Part shown: piece after piece, positions 27,210 to 38,779 of the stretch | Layout: the number at the start of each line of letters is the position of its first letter | Numbering within the stretch: position 1 is the stretch's first letter | Source: Lytechinus pictus | Lineage: Eukaryota | Reading direction: 5' to 3' | Length of the DNA stretch: 64,000 nucleotides | Assembly (NCBI RefSeq): GCF_037042905.1 | Contig: NC_087246.1 | Coordinates: forward strand, 4,962,001 to 5,026,000 | Translations under genes and position numbers: made by a program | Notes under the pieces: generated by a model | The model's input: the letters and a program-made list of their open reading frames with translations, nothing else | Told to the model about the DNA's origin: nothing | Database searches by the model: none

Positions 27210-27805
27210 AGGACAAGTCCACCCCAACAAAAAGTTGATTTGAACAAAAATAGAAAAATCCAACTAGCATAACGCCAAAAATTTCATCAAAATCGGATGT
27301 AAAATAAGAAAGTTATGTCATTTTAAAGTTTCGCTTAATTTCACAGTAATATGCACATCCTTTTCGGTATGCAAATGAGGAGACTGATTACATCATCCAC
27401 TCACCATTTCTTTTGTATTTTATTATATGAAATATGAAATATTCTAATTTTTTCCTCATTGTCAAGTGAAACAATGATTAATTCCTCCCTGAACATGTGG
27501 AACTAACATTGTTTAATACTATATGGTCTAGTCAAGTTGGTCCTTATTGTCAAATCTGTAAAAATTGAAATATTGTATAATTCAAACAATAAAAACAAAA
27601 GAAATAGTGAGTGATGGACATCATCGACCGTTTCATTTGCATGTCACTGAGTTGTACATGTCACTTTTTGTGAAAAAAGAGCAAAACTTAAAAATGTCAT
27701 AACTTTCTTATTTTACCACCGATTTTGATGAAATTTTGAGCGTTATGCTAGTTTGATTTTTCTCTATTTATTCAAATCAACCGTTTTCTGGGGTGGACTT
27801 GACCT
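27210..27805. mobile_element. Kolobok/T2-type MITE, copy 7
   Basis: Same TIRs; flanks TTAC / TTAA. Confidence 0.88.
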
Positions 27806-29801
27806 TTAAAGTGTGGGAGAACGGAACGCCCAGACAGACTATTATCATTTTTTTTTACATTTTTTGTATTTGTAAGAATGTATTTAAAATCTTAAAGTGT
27901 AGGAGAATGGAACGCCCAGACAGATTTTTATCATTTTTTATGTTTATATTTAAATGTAGTTAATTATTTTTTGTGTTTGTAAAATGTAGTTAATTTCTGT
28001 CTGGTAGATGGTGCCTGTGAATGATGAGTCTACTGGGCTTGCCCCTGATAGTGTAGAAGAACGTAACGCCCAGACAGACTATCAATATATTTTTTTTCAA
28101 TTTTTAGTAATTGTAAGAATGTAGTTAATTTCTGTCTGGGAGACGGTGTCCTGTGAATGATGAGCCTACTGGGATTGGCTCTTAAAGTGTAGGAGAACGG
28201 AACGCCAAGACAGACTATCCATTTTTATTTTTTTATTTTTTTATATTTGTAAGAATGTAGTTAATTTCTGTTTGGGAGACGGTGTCCTGTGAATGATGAG
28301 CCTACTGGGCTTGCCCCTTAAAGTGTAGGAGAACGGAACGCCCAGACAGATTATCAATATATATATTTTTTTTTTTAGTATTTGTAAAAATGTAGTTAAT
28401 TTTCGTCTGGGAGACGGTGTTCTGTGAATGTTGAGCCTATTGGGCTTGGCCCTTAAAGTGTAGAAGAACGGAACGCCCAGACAGACTATCCATTTTTATT
28501 TTTTTATTTTTTAATATTTGTAAGAATGTAGTTAATTTCTGTTTGGGAGACGGTGTCCTGTGAATGATGAGCCTACTGGGCTTGCCCCTTAAAGTGTAGG
28601 AGAACGGAACGCCCAGACAGATTATCAATATATATATATTTTTTTTTAGTATTTGTAAAAATGTAGTTAATTTTCGTCTGGGAGACGGTGTTCTGTGAAT
28701 GTTGAGCCTATTGGGCTTGCCCCTTAAAGTGTAGGAGAACGGAACGCCCAGACAGATTATCAATATTTTTTTATGTTTTTGTATTTTGTAAGAATGTAGT
28801 TAATTACTGTCTGGGAGAAGATATCCTGTGTATATAATGAGCCTACCGAGCTTGTCCCTCAAGTGTAGGAGAACGGAACACCAAGACATACTATCAATAT
28901 ATATATTTTTTTTAGTATTTCTAAGAATGTAGTTAATTTATGTTTGGGAGACGGTGTCTTGTGAATGATGAGCCTACTGGGCTTGCCACTTAAAGTGTAG
29001 GAGAACGGAACGCCCAGACAGATTATCAATATTTTTTTATAGTATTTGTAAGAATGTAGTTAATTTCCGTCTGGGAGACGGTGTTCTGTTAATGAGCCTA
29101 CTGGGCTTGCCCCTTAAAGTGTAGAAGAACGGAACGCCGAGACAGACTATCAATTTTTATTTTTTAGTATTTGTAAGAATGTAGTTAATTTCTGTTTGGG
29201 AGACGGTGTCCTGTGAATGATGAGCCTACTGGGCTTGCCCCTTAAAGTGTAGGAGAACGGAACGCCCAGACAGATGATCAATATTTTTTAAATGTTTTTT
29301 GTATTTTGTATTTTGTAAGAATGTAGTTAATTTCTGTCTGGGAGAAGATATCCTGTGTATATAATGAGCCTACCGGGCTTGTCCCTCAAGTGTAGGAGAA
29401 CGGAACACCAAGACATACTATCAATATATATATATATTTTAGTATTTCTAAGAATGTAGTTAATTTCTGTTTGGGAGACGGTGTCTTGTGAATGATGAGC
29501 CTACTGGGCTTGCCACTTAAAGTGTAGGAGAACGGAACGCCCAGACAGATTATCAATATTTTTTTTTTAGTATTTGTTAGAATGTAGTTAATTTCCGTCT
29601 GGGAGACGGTGTCCTGATAATGAGCCTACTGGGCTTGCCCCTTACAGTGTAGGAGGACGGAACGCCCAGACAGATTATTATCATTTTTTTAATGTTTTTT
29701 TTAAATGTAGGTAATCATTTGTTGCATTTTTAAAATGTAGTTTATTTCTGTCTGGGAGATGGTGTTCTGTGAATAATGAGCCTACTGGGCTTGACCCTTT
29801 A

Positions 29802-30398
29802 AGGACAAGTCCACCCCAACAAAAAGTTGATTTGAATAAAAATAGAAAAATCCAACTAGCATAACGCCAAAAATTTCATCAAAATCGGATGTAAAATAAG
29901 AAAGTTATGTCATTTTAAAGTTTCGCTTAATTTCACAGTAATATGCACATCCTTTTCGGTATGCAAATGAGGAGACTGATTACATCATCCACTCACTATT
30001 TCTTTTGTATTTTATTATATGAAATATGAAATATTCTAATTTTTTCCTCATTGTCAAGTGAAACAATGATTAATTCCTCCCTGAACATGTGGAACTAACA
30101 TTGTTTAATACTATATGGTCTAGTCAAGTTGGTCCTTATTGTCAAATCTGTAAAAATTGAAATATTGTATAATTCAAACATTAAAAAACAACAGAAATAG
30201 TGAGTGATTGACATCATCGACCGTCTCATTTGCATGTCACTGAGTTGTACATGTCACTTTTTGTGAAAGAAGAGCAAAACTTAAAAATGTCATAACTTTC
30301 TTATTATACCACCGATTTTGATGAAATTTTGAGCGTTATGCTAGTTTGATTTTTCTCTATTTATTCAAATCAACAGTTTTCTGGGGTGGACTTGACCT
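29802..30398. mobile_element. Kolobok/T2-type MITE, copy 8
   Basis: Same TIRs; flanks TTTA / TTAA. Confidence 0.88.
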
Positions 30399-32631
30399 TT
30401 AAAGTGTGGGAGAACGGAACGCCCAGACAGACTATTATCATTTTTTTTTAATTTTTTGTATTTGTAAGAATGTATTTAAAATCTTAAAGTGTAGGAGAAT
30501 GGAACGCCCAGACAGATTATTATCATTTTTTATGTTTATATTTAAATGTAGTTAATTATTTTTTGTGTTTGTAAAATGTAGTTAATTTCTGTCTGGTAGA
30601 TGGTGCCTGTGAATGATGAGTCTACTGGGCTTGCCCCTGATAGTGTAGAAGAACGTAACGCCCAGACAGACTATCAATATATTTTTTTTCAATTTTTAGT
30701 AATTGTAAGAATGTAGTTAATTTCTGTCTGGGAGACGGTGTCCTGTGAATGATGAGCCTACTGGGCTTGGCCCTTAAAGTGTAGAAGAACGGAACGCCCA
30801 GACAGACTTTCAATTTTTATTTTTTTGTATTTGTAACTTTTGTAAGAATGTAGTTAATTTCTGTATGGGAGACGGTGTCCTGTGAATGATGAGCCTACTA
30901 GGCTTGGCCCTTAAAGTGTAAAAGAACGGAACGCCCAGACAGACTATCAATTTTTATTTTTTATTTTTTAGTATTTGTAAGAATGTAGTTAATTTTCGTC
31001 TGGGAGACGGTGTTCTGTGAATGATGAGCCTACTGGGCTTGGCTTTTAAAGTGTAGAAGAACGGAACGCCCAGACAGACTATTATCATTTCTTTTTTTTT
31101 TGTAATTGTAATAATGTAGGTAATTTCTGTCTGTGAGACAGTGTCCTGTGAATGTTGAGCCTACTTGGCTTGGCCCTTAAAGTGTAGAAGAACGGAACGC
31201 CCAGACAGACTATCAATTTTTATTTTTTAGTATTTGTTAAAATGTAGTTAATTTCTGTCTGTGAGATGGTATCCTGTGAATGACAGGCCTACTTGGATTG
31301 CCTCTTAAAGTGTAGGAGGACAAAACGCTGAGACAGATTATTAAGTTTTTTTTGTATTTGTAAAATGTAGTTAATTTCTGTCTGGGAGAAGGTATCCTGT
31401 GTATATAATGAGCCTACCGGGCTTGCCCCTCAAGTGTAGGAGAACGGAACACCAAAACATACTATCAATATATATATTTTTTTTAGTATTTGTAAGAATG
31501 TAGTTAATTTCTGTTTGGGAGACGGTGTCCTGTGAATGATGAGCCTACTGGGCTTGCCCCTTAAAGTGTAGGAGAACGAAACGCCCAGACAGATTATCAA
31601 TATTTTTTTATTTTTTTTTGTATTTTGTAAGAATGTAGTTAATTTCTGTTTGGGAGACGGTGTCCTGTGAATAATGAGCCTACTGGGCTTGCCCCTTAAA
31701 GTGTAGGAGAACGGAACGCCGAGACAGACTATCAATTTTTATTTTTTAGTATTTGTTAAAATGTAGTTAATTTCTGTCTGTGAGATGGTATCCTGTGAAT
31801 GACAGGCCTACTTGGATTGCCTCTTAAAGTGTAGGAGGACAAAACGCTGAGACAGATTATTATGGTTTTTTTTTGTATTTGTAAAATGTAGTTAATTTCT
31901 GTCTGGGAGAAGGTATCCTGTGTATATAATGAGCCTACCGGGCTTGCCCCTCAAGTGTAGGAGAACGGAACACCAAAACATACTATCAATATATATTTTT
32001 TTTTTAGTATTTGTAAGAATGTAGTTAATTTCTGTTTGGGAGACGGTGTCCTGTGAATGATGAGCCTACTGGGCTTGCCCCTTAAAGTGTAGGAGAACGG
32101 AATGCCCAGACAGATTATCAATATTTTTTTATGTTTTTGTATTTTGGAAGAATGTAGTTAATTACTGTCTGGGAGAAGATATCCTGTGTATATAATGAGC
32201 CTACCGAGCTTGTCCCTCAAGTGTAGGAGAACGGAACACCAAGACATACTATCAATATATATATTTTTTTTTGTATTTCTAAGAATGTAGTTAATTTATG
32301 TTTGGGAGACGGTGTCTTGTGAATGATGAACCTACTGGGCTTGCCACTTAAAGTGTAGGAGAACGGAACGCCCAGACAGATTATCAATATTTTTTTATAG
32401 TATTTGTAAGAATGTAGTTAATTTCCGTCTGGGAGACGGTGTCCTGTTAATGAGCCTACTGGGCTTGCCCCTTAAAGTGTAGGAGGACGGAACGCCCAGA
32501 CAGATTATTATCATTTTTTTAATGGTTTTTTTAAATGTAGGTAATCATTTGTTGCATTTTTAAAATGTAGTTTATTTCTGTCTGGGAGATGGTGTCCTGT
32601 GAATAATGAGCCTAATGGGCTTGACCCTTAA

Positions 32632-33230
32632 AGGACAAGTCCACCCCAACAAAAAGTTGATTTGAACAAAAATAGAAAAATCCAACTAGCATAACGCCAA
32701 AAATTTCATCAAAATCGGATGTAAAATAAGAAAGTTATGTCATTTTAAAGTTTCGCTTAATTTCACAGTAATATGCACATCCTTTTCGGTATGCAAATGA
32801 GGAGACTGATTACATCAACCACTCACTATTTCTTTTGTATTTTATTATATGAAATATGAAATATGAAATATTCTAATTTTTTCCTCATTGTCAAGTGAAA
32901 CAATGATTAATTCCTCCCTGAACATGTGGAACTAACATTGTTTAATACTGGTCTAGTCAAGTTGGTCCTTATTGTCAAATCTGTAAAAATTGAAATATTG
33001 TATAATTCAAACAATAAAAACAAAAGAAATAGTGAGTGATGGACATCATCGACCGTCTCATTTGCATGTCACTGAGTTGTACATGTCATTTTTTGTGAAA
33101 AAAGAGCAAAACTTAAAAATGTCATAACTTTCTTATTTTACCACCGATTTTGATGAAATTTTGAGCGTTATGCTAGTTTGATTTTTCTCTATTTATTCAA
33201 ATCAACCGTTTTCTGGGGTGGACTTGACCT
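32632..33230. mobile_element. Kolobok/T2-type MITE, copy 9 (perfect TTAA TSD on both sides)
   Basis: TTAA (32628-32631) AGGACAAGTCC...GGACTTGACCT TTAA (33231-33234). Removing the element and one TTAA restores a normal monomer. A TTAA TSD with AGG..CCT ends is the Kolobok/T2 signature. Confidence 0.9.
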
Positions 33231-33602
33231 TTAAAGTGTAGGAGAACGGAACGCCCAGACAGACTATTATCATTTTTTTTTTTTTTTGTATTTGTAAGAA
33301 TGTATTTAAAATCTTAAAGTGTAGGGAACGGAACGCCCAGACAGATTATTATCATTTTTTATGTTTATATTTAAATGTAGTTAATTATTTTTTGTGTTTG
33401 TAAAATGTAGTTAATTTCTGTCTGGTAGATGGTGCCTGTGAATGATGAGTCTACTGGGCTTGCCCCTGATAGTGTAGAAGAACGTAACGCCCAGACAGAC
33501 TATCAATTTTTATTTTTTAGTATTTGTTAAAATGTAGTTAATTTCTGTCGCTGTGATGGTGTCCTGTGAAGGGCCTGCGGACAGAGTAAGAACGCTTTTT
33601 AC

Positions 33603-34193
33603 AGGTCAAGTCCATCCCCAATAACAAGTTGATTTGAATGAAATGAGAAAAAATCAGGAAGTGTAGCACTAAAAATTGTATAAAAATCGGATTTAGAAGA
33701 ATATTAATTATGGCATATAAAGTCTTGCTTAATTTCACAAAACAGTTGTAATTATGCACATCCTGGTCTCTATTCAAATGAGGAGATATAGAAGTCACAT
33801 ACAATTTTTTTTTGTATTTTATTACCTTGAAATATTCTGATTTTGTCTTCATTGTTTTTTGTCTTCAAAGTTTTGATCCTTCTTAAATATGTGGAATCTG
33901 TCGCCACACTTTATGGTTCATATAAGTTGGTCCTGGCTTATTGTCAAATCTGTAAAATTTGAAATATTGTATTATTCAAACATTAAAAAAAGAAATAGTG
34001 AGTGGGGGACATCAACGAAAATCTCATTTGCATGTCACTGAGTTGAGCATAAATTATGACTTTTTTGTGAAAAATAAGCGAAACTTAAAACTTTCTTAGT
34101 TTACATCCGATTTTGATGAAATTGTCAGCGTTATGCTTGTTTGATTTTACTCTATTGATTCAAATCAACATTTTACTTGGGTTGATTTGACCT
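33603..34193. mobile_element. Older, diverged copy of the same Kolobok-type MITE family at an independent site
   Basis: AGGTCAAGTCCATCCCC...GGGTTGATTTGACCT. Collinear with the array copies but with many substitutions and different flanks. Confidence 0.8.
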
Positions 34194-34405
34194 TTTATTT
34201 TGATTTCTTAATCAACTCTGTTTATCATGAACCTTCAGTAATTGTTTAAAGTTGGTTTAAGCAAGTGTTTAAAATCTTCAAAAATAAAGTTAAATCTTTA
34301 ATAGATAATTTTCAATAAATTAAGCCTGTTTATCCAAATCAAATAATGCTGTAAAGTTACTAATGTAAACAGCGTTGTATATAAAAAAAAATATGAAGCG
34401 TTTTT

Positions 34406-34511
34406 TGTGAATGATGAGCCTTCCGGGGCCTGCCCCTTAAAGTGTAGGAGAACTGAGGTTTTTTTTCAAGTATTTGTAAGAATGTAGTTATCATTGACAG
34501 GACACCATCTC
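34406..34511. repeat. Isolated degenerate satellite monomer followed by an inverted monomer fragment
   Basis: TGTGAATGATGAGCCTTCCGGGGCCTGCCCCTTAAAGTGTAGGAGAAC...AAGAATGTAGTTA, then TCATTGACAGGACACCATCTC (reverse complement of GAGATGGTGTCCTGTcAATGA). Confidence 0.8.
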
Positions 34512-34775
34512 TGGCTGTTTTAATGGTTTTAATTGTTACGTTCTGACCATGTGTATTAATAAGCGACGGAGCGAAGCGAACGAGTAAATTTTCCGTAGCT
34601 GGGAGTCTGAATGTTGTGCAAAATGGTTTTTTTTTAACCAAAACGGAAATATGAAGATTAGACAGTCAAAATGTACTTGATGAAAACTTATTTACTCGTT
34701 GGTTTCATGTAAAATGAGAATGGAACAAGATGCCATCAACATTATCAGAATAAGGGTGCCTTATAGAAATGGATT

Positions 34776-34989
34776 ACACGCTCTTAAAAGAAAGAAGTCA
34801 AACTGACTAGATCAGTAGTCTGCTGGGTGCAATATGTCTAGTCACACTTATGTATGTATAGTTAGAAATAACTCTGTTCCAGTCCAATACGCCTAGAAAA
34901 TAGTCAAAAATATGACTAGAATAACAGTTGCACCCAGCTGACCAGACTGACTATATATAGTCAATTTGACTGATTTGTTTTTTAGAGTA
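34776..34989. mobile_element. Short degenerate palindromic MITE, unclassified
   Basis: Left arm CTCTTAAAAGAAAGAAGTCAACTGACTA..CTGGGTGCAA..TCTAGTCA mirrors right arm TGACTAGA..TTGCACCCAG..TAGTCAATTTGACT..TTTTAGAG. Confidence 0.5.
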
Positions 34990-36840
34990 TATGCCATAAC
35001 ATACCACAATATAAAACGTGGAACATGGCACATTGATGCAAATGGAAAATATTGCTGAAAGGAATGATTCTGAACAGTTTATACAATTATATACAGAGAT
35101 GATGCAACATTCTAATAAATAGGTTGTAATTAAAAGGTTCATTCACATTTAATCTTTTGCTAATAAATATTATTCTAACTTTCTCATGACTTGGGTAATC
35201 GTAAAGGTACGGGAAATTTTTCGGTTCGGAGCGACCGCGCGAGAAAATTTGCGTTCTTAAAATGCAAATTTTGGCAAGTTTCAGCACTTGAACAGCTGTT
35301 AAAGATAAATTAACGCATTAACAGTATATATCACCGAATAAATGATGATTATTTTTTTTCTTGAAACGTGGGGGATGATTGTATAGGCCATCCCCTCTTC
35401 CGAAAGTTAGGGGACACATCCCTCTATCCTCCGGGAGTTCGTCAGCATCACTGAACTGCAATTCTTACTAGAAACGACCAAACTAGTACTACAGGTCGAA
35501 TAATGTAAATCAATATTCTTAGAACATTGTAAGCAGACGTAATTCACTCCGTAATGCAGAATAGGAATAGTTTCATGAGAACATAAACGAAAAAACCTTT
35601 AGAAAAGATGATTCTTAAAAGTTCTTAAATCTAGTTAATTCCAAATTCATTTTCAGGCAAAATTACAAACGAAGTTATAGATTTATTATTATGCCAATTA
35701 ATGGAATAGACGACTTCCCACTAATTTGTCACAATCCAGTTATCTGTTTGTTTACAAGTTTTTACAAACTATCTTTCAGTCTCCTTTTCCTGAATTTATG
35801 ATTATATTTGTCATGCATGGGTGTCGATCCGTATTAATTGTTCGGGATGACAGACACAAATATTGTTCGCTGTGAGCAGTTTTTAGGTGGATCAGTGACG
35901 TGATAAGCCAGCAATTTTGAGAGGACCAGACATGGTGTATGGGCAATAAGTAACAATATAGAAAAGGCTGTGAGGAGGCGAAGCAAGCGAGCTAGCTAAA
36001 ATTTTGACTACTTGATACAAAAATCTAATTTTGTGATTTACGACATGACGTATTTATAAAAAAAACCGCAGAAATCGTCGGTAAACTTATCGTGTAATTA
36101 AATTAAACTTTTCATTCCCTACAGTTTTAATATAATGACATCTATAAATAGATTATGATTATAGTTGAATGGTTGTATGAGATGAAACATGCATCTACAT
36201 GCATGTCACGTGTTTAATTCTGCATGATAAAGAATAGCGGTAGCAATCTCTATGATCAGTGGCGAAACAGGCGGGGGGCAGATTTCACCGGGGAAATAAA
36301 AAAACGGGAAAGGAGAAAAGGAAGAGAGAGGGAAATGGAAAGAAAGAAAGGAAAAGAAGACATGGGAAAAGGGGAAAGGGAAAGATGAAAAGGAAGAGAA
36401 AGAAAGAACATAAATAGGGAGAATGGAAGGAAAGCGGGAAAAGGAAGGAAAGAAGAACATGTGAGGAAGTACAAAATATCCTGTAATACTAATACATTAG
36501 CATGATTAGCAAGAGAGGGATATAAAATCAAAAGATATGACTCAATGGCACTGGCAAGAGTGACAGGAAAATAGCGGAGAAAGAGGCAAAAAGAAACGGG
36601 AAATGAAGGAAGAGCCAAAAGCTAAATATTGGAAAATCAGAATATGAAGAAAAGGGACAAGAAAAATGGGAAGAATTTAAAAACACGAACGGGCTGCCGA
36701 GAATTTAAAAAAATATAAAGAACGGGGAAAAGGTGGATGGCGTCTATTATAAAATTGCTAAATTTTATGCAATAATGGTCGCAATCAGGACAGATAAAAT
36801 CCTTAGCCAAGGTTAGCCAAGGGCTTGTTATATCTCCCTA

Positions 36841-37440
36841 TAATAATAATAATAATAATACTAATTAGACTTATATCGCGCTAAATCCACTCTGTAGAGC
36901 CGTGCTCAAGGCACTTTTTAGGAAATTATAAAAGAAATTAAGAAGAATTGAAGAGAAATGTTTTAAGGTATTGTTTGAAAGTTTCAGAGGTCAAGCACTG
37001 TTTGATGTTTTCAGGGAGGCTATTCCATAACTTGGAGGATGAGTGAACAAATGATCTGTCCCCCAGGATTTGGAAACTTTGGGGGTAACGAGAGAACTAG
37101 GAGAGGAGGAACGTAAGGATCTTGAAGGGGTATAACTTTTGATCAGTGTAATGAGGTACTGAAGAGCCATGGACACAGTGGAAATTTAACAACAAAATCT
37201 TGAACATAAAACGTTGAACATAATACGTTGTTTTACAGGGAGCCAATGTAGGATCTTAAAATAGGAGTAAAGTGAGTGCGCCTGGTGGATAGAGAAACGG
37301 TGCGAGCGGCAGCATTTTGAAGTTTCTGAACTTTGATCAAAGTTCAGAAACTTAGTTAGTCATGACTGTTTCTGGGGGTAGATTGAACAAAAGGTAGTTA
37401 CCAAAATCGAGACGGGACGAAATTAAAGCGCGAACCAATT
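36841..37440 (-). mobile_element. L2-clade LINE 3' fragment (decayed)
   Basis: Minus-strand peptides SSRLDF, KLQNAAART, LHWLPVKQR, PSRSLRSS and LWNSLP. L2-type 3' end GTGCCTTGAGCAC..GCGCGATATAAG followed by a (TTA)n tail at 36841-36859. Confidence 0.85.
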
Positions 37441-37751
37441 AAATGTCCTAACCTATTATAAGAAAAGCTTTACCCTGGCTAGATTTACCGTAGTAAAAAG
37501 CCTCTTAATGTTTACTTTGGCTAAATTTCCAAAGCTTCTATCACGTAATTAGAATTTAATTTCAAAATAATTTTAAGAAGCCAAATTTTTACAATTTTTT
37601 TTCCACATTTGCTATGTTGTGCTGCCTCAAAATATTTCGTTCATTATTTGCAACTGCATTAAAATGTGTATGTACCCGCGATTTGATAAAAAAAGGTGGC
37701 CATCTGCAATTTATAAAAATATCACGAGGTTCCGGGGGCTCCGCCCCAGAC

Positions 37752-38512
37752 CAGTGGCGGCACCAAGAGGCACGGGGGGTATATTTGCCCCCAGTGAATT
37801 GCTCCCCCTCCCGAAATATGAAGAAATGTATAGTTAATACTATCAAAAGTATCCTACTAAAGCTGCATGGTGCTCCAAAACAACTTTTTCGTTCTTTAAA
37901 TTTTGAATTATTTCTCATTCATTCACTGTTGGCTCCCAACAATTTTTGCCACTCACATAAATCTTTCAGGTCATTACATACAATTCAAAATTTCGCTCGC
38001 GCTACGCGCTCGCAGTAACTGTTGCCAGTAAATTATCTGTTCACATATGGGGCTTAAAAATCCAATGTTCAAGTCAATATGCTTCTCGCGATTAGAATTT
38101 TTATTATTCGGTTTAGCGAGATACACATCCTGCGTATTCATAAATTTCATAAATAAAAATTTTCATCTCGCGCTACGAGCTCGCATTATTTGTTTAATTA
38201 GATAGCCATCCAGTTCATGATTACAAAAAGTGCTTAAAACGTCCAGTTATCATCTCAGGATATCAAAAAATTTCAGCTCGCGCTTCGCGCTCGCTTTATT
38301 TATTTGGTGAGATATCATATTCGTGACCCAATTAATGCAAACAGCTAGTCCTTAACAGTTCCCCTTTCAAGTCAGTAAGGACTACCTTGAAAAAGATTAG
38401 CTCGCGCTTCTCGCTCGATTTTGTGAAATCGGCAAAATATATGTGTGTCGCCCCCCTCTCCCCAAATGTTCTTTTGCATCCCCCTAGGTTAAAAATCCTG
38501 GTGCCATCATTA
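37752..38512. mobile_element. hAT-like MITE with GCTCGCGCTTCGCGCTCGC subrepeats
   Basis: Left CAGTGGCGGCACCA, degenerate right TGGTGCCATCATTA. 8-bp flanks CCCCAGAC / CCCGGAAC match only partly. Confidence 0.6.
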
Positions 38513-38779
38513 CCCGGAACCGATCCGCATAGTACTGGCCCAAAAAGTTCTACAACTGAGAACAAAAACGAAAAGATATCAGGAAAGGAAATGAAAAGAA
38601 AGGAAAGGAAGATGTAAGACATAGTGTTATTTTCTGTATATCATGTCAAAATCAATTTTAAAGTCAGATTGTCATGAAAAGGTGATTTTTTTCTCGCTCG
38701 CTCGGGACTTATATATTAAGCATCTTTGCCGCACGTGCCATGCTGTGCCCCCTCTTTTTCGTAATTATCACGCATTGAG

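Larger units (their letters stand above)
1..33570. repeat. Tandem satellite array, ~130-bp monomer with higher-order repeats; continues beyond the left edge of the window
   Basis: Head-to-tail repeats of AATGTAGTTAATTTCTGTYTGGGAGACGGTGTCCTGTGAATGATGAGCCTACTGGGCTTGCCCCTTAAAGTGTAGGAGAACGGAACGCCCAGACAGA plus a variable T-rich linker. Recurrent variant monomers. The last recognisable unit decays at ~33,570. Confidence 0.98.
36257..38760. mobile_element. Decayed hAT-like non-autonomous element(s) with a purine-rich interior, interrupted by L2 and MITE insertions; right boundary uncertain
   Basis: Starts CAGTGGCG plus a G-run like the other hAT-like MITEs here, followed by a GA-rich tract (36290-36730) as in 58227-59165. 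Confidence 0.4.

Noticed and set aside
1252..31735. Many minus-strand ORFs (MIVCLGVPFSYTLRGKPSRL...)
   Set aside because: Translations of the satellite, mostly with non-ATG starts; frames break at variable-length T-tracts and no domain is recognisable.
32628..33234. piggyBac assignment for the TTAA-flanked MITEs
   Set aside because: Termini are AGG..CCT rather than CCY..RGG, which fits Kolobok/T2.
540..33570. CRISPR-like pattern of conserved repeat plus variable spacer
   Set aside because: The linkers are low-complexity, mutually related T-tracts that recur, the repeat is ~85 nt, there are no cas genes, and the context is eukaryotic.
36206..36618. F/S/L-rich minus-strand ORFs
   Set aside because: Artefact of the purine-rich tract in a non-autonomous element.
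37589..38622. Overlapping 72-134 aa ORFs on both strands
   Set aside because: They span MITE junctions and subrepeats and show no domain motifs.
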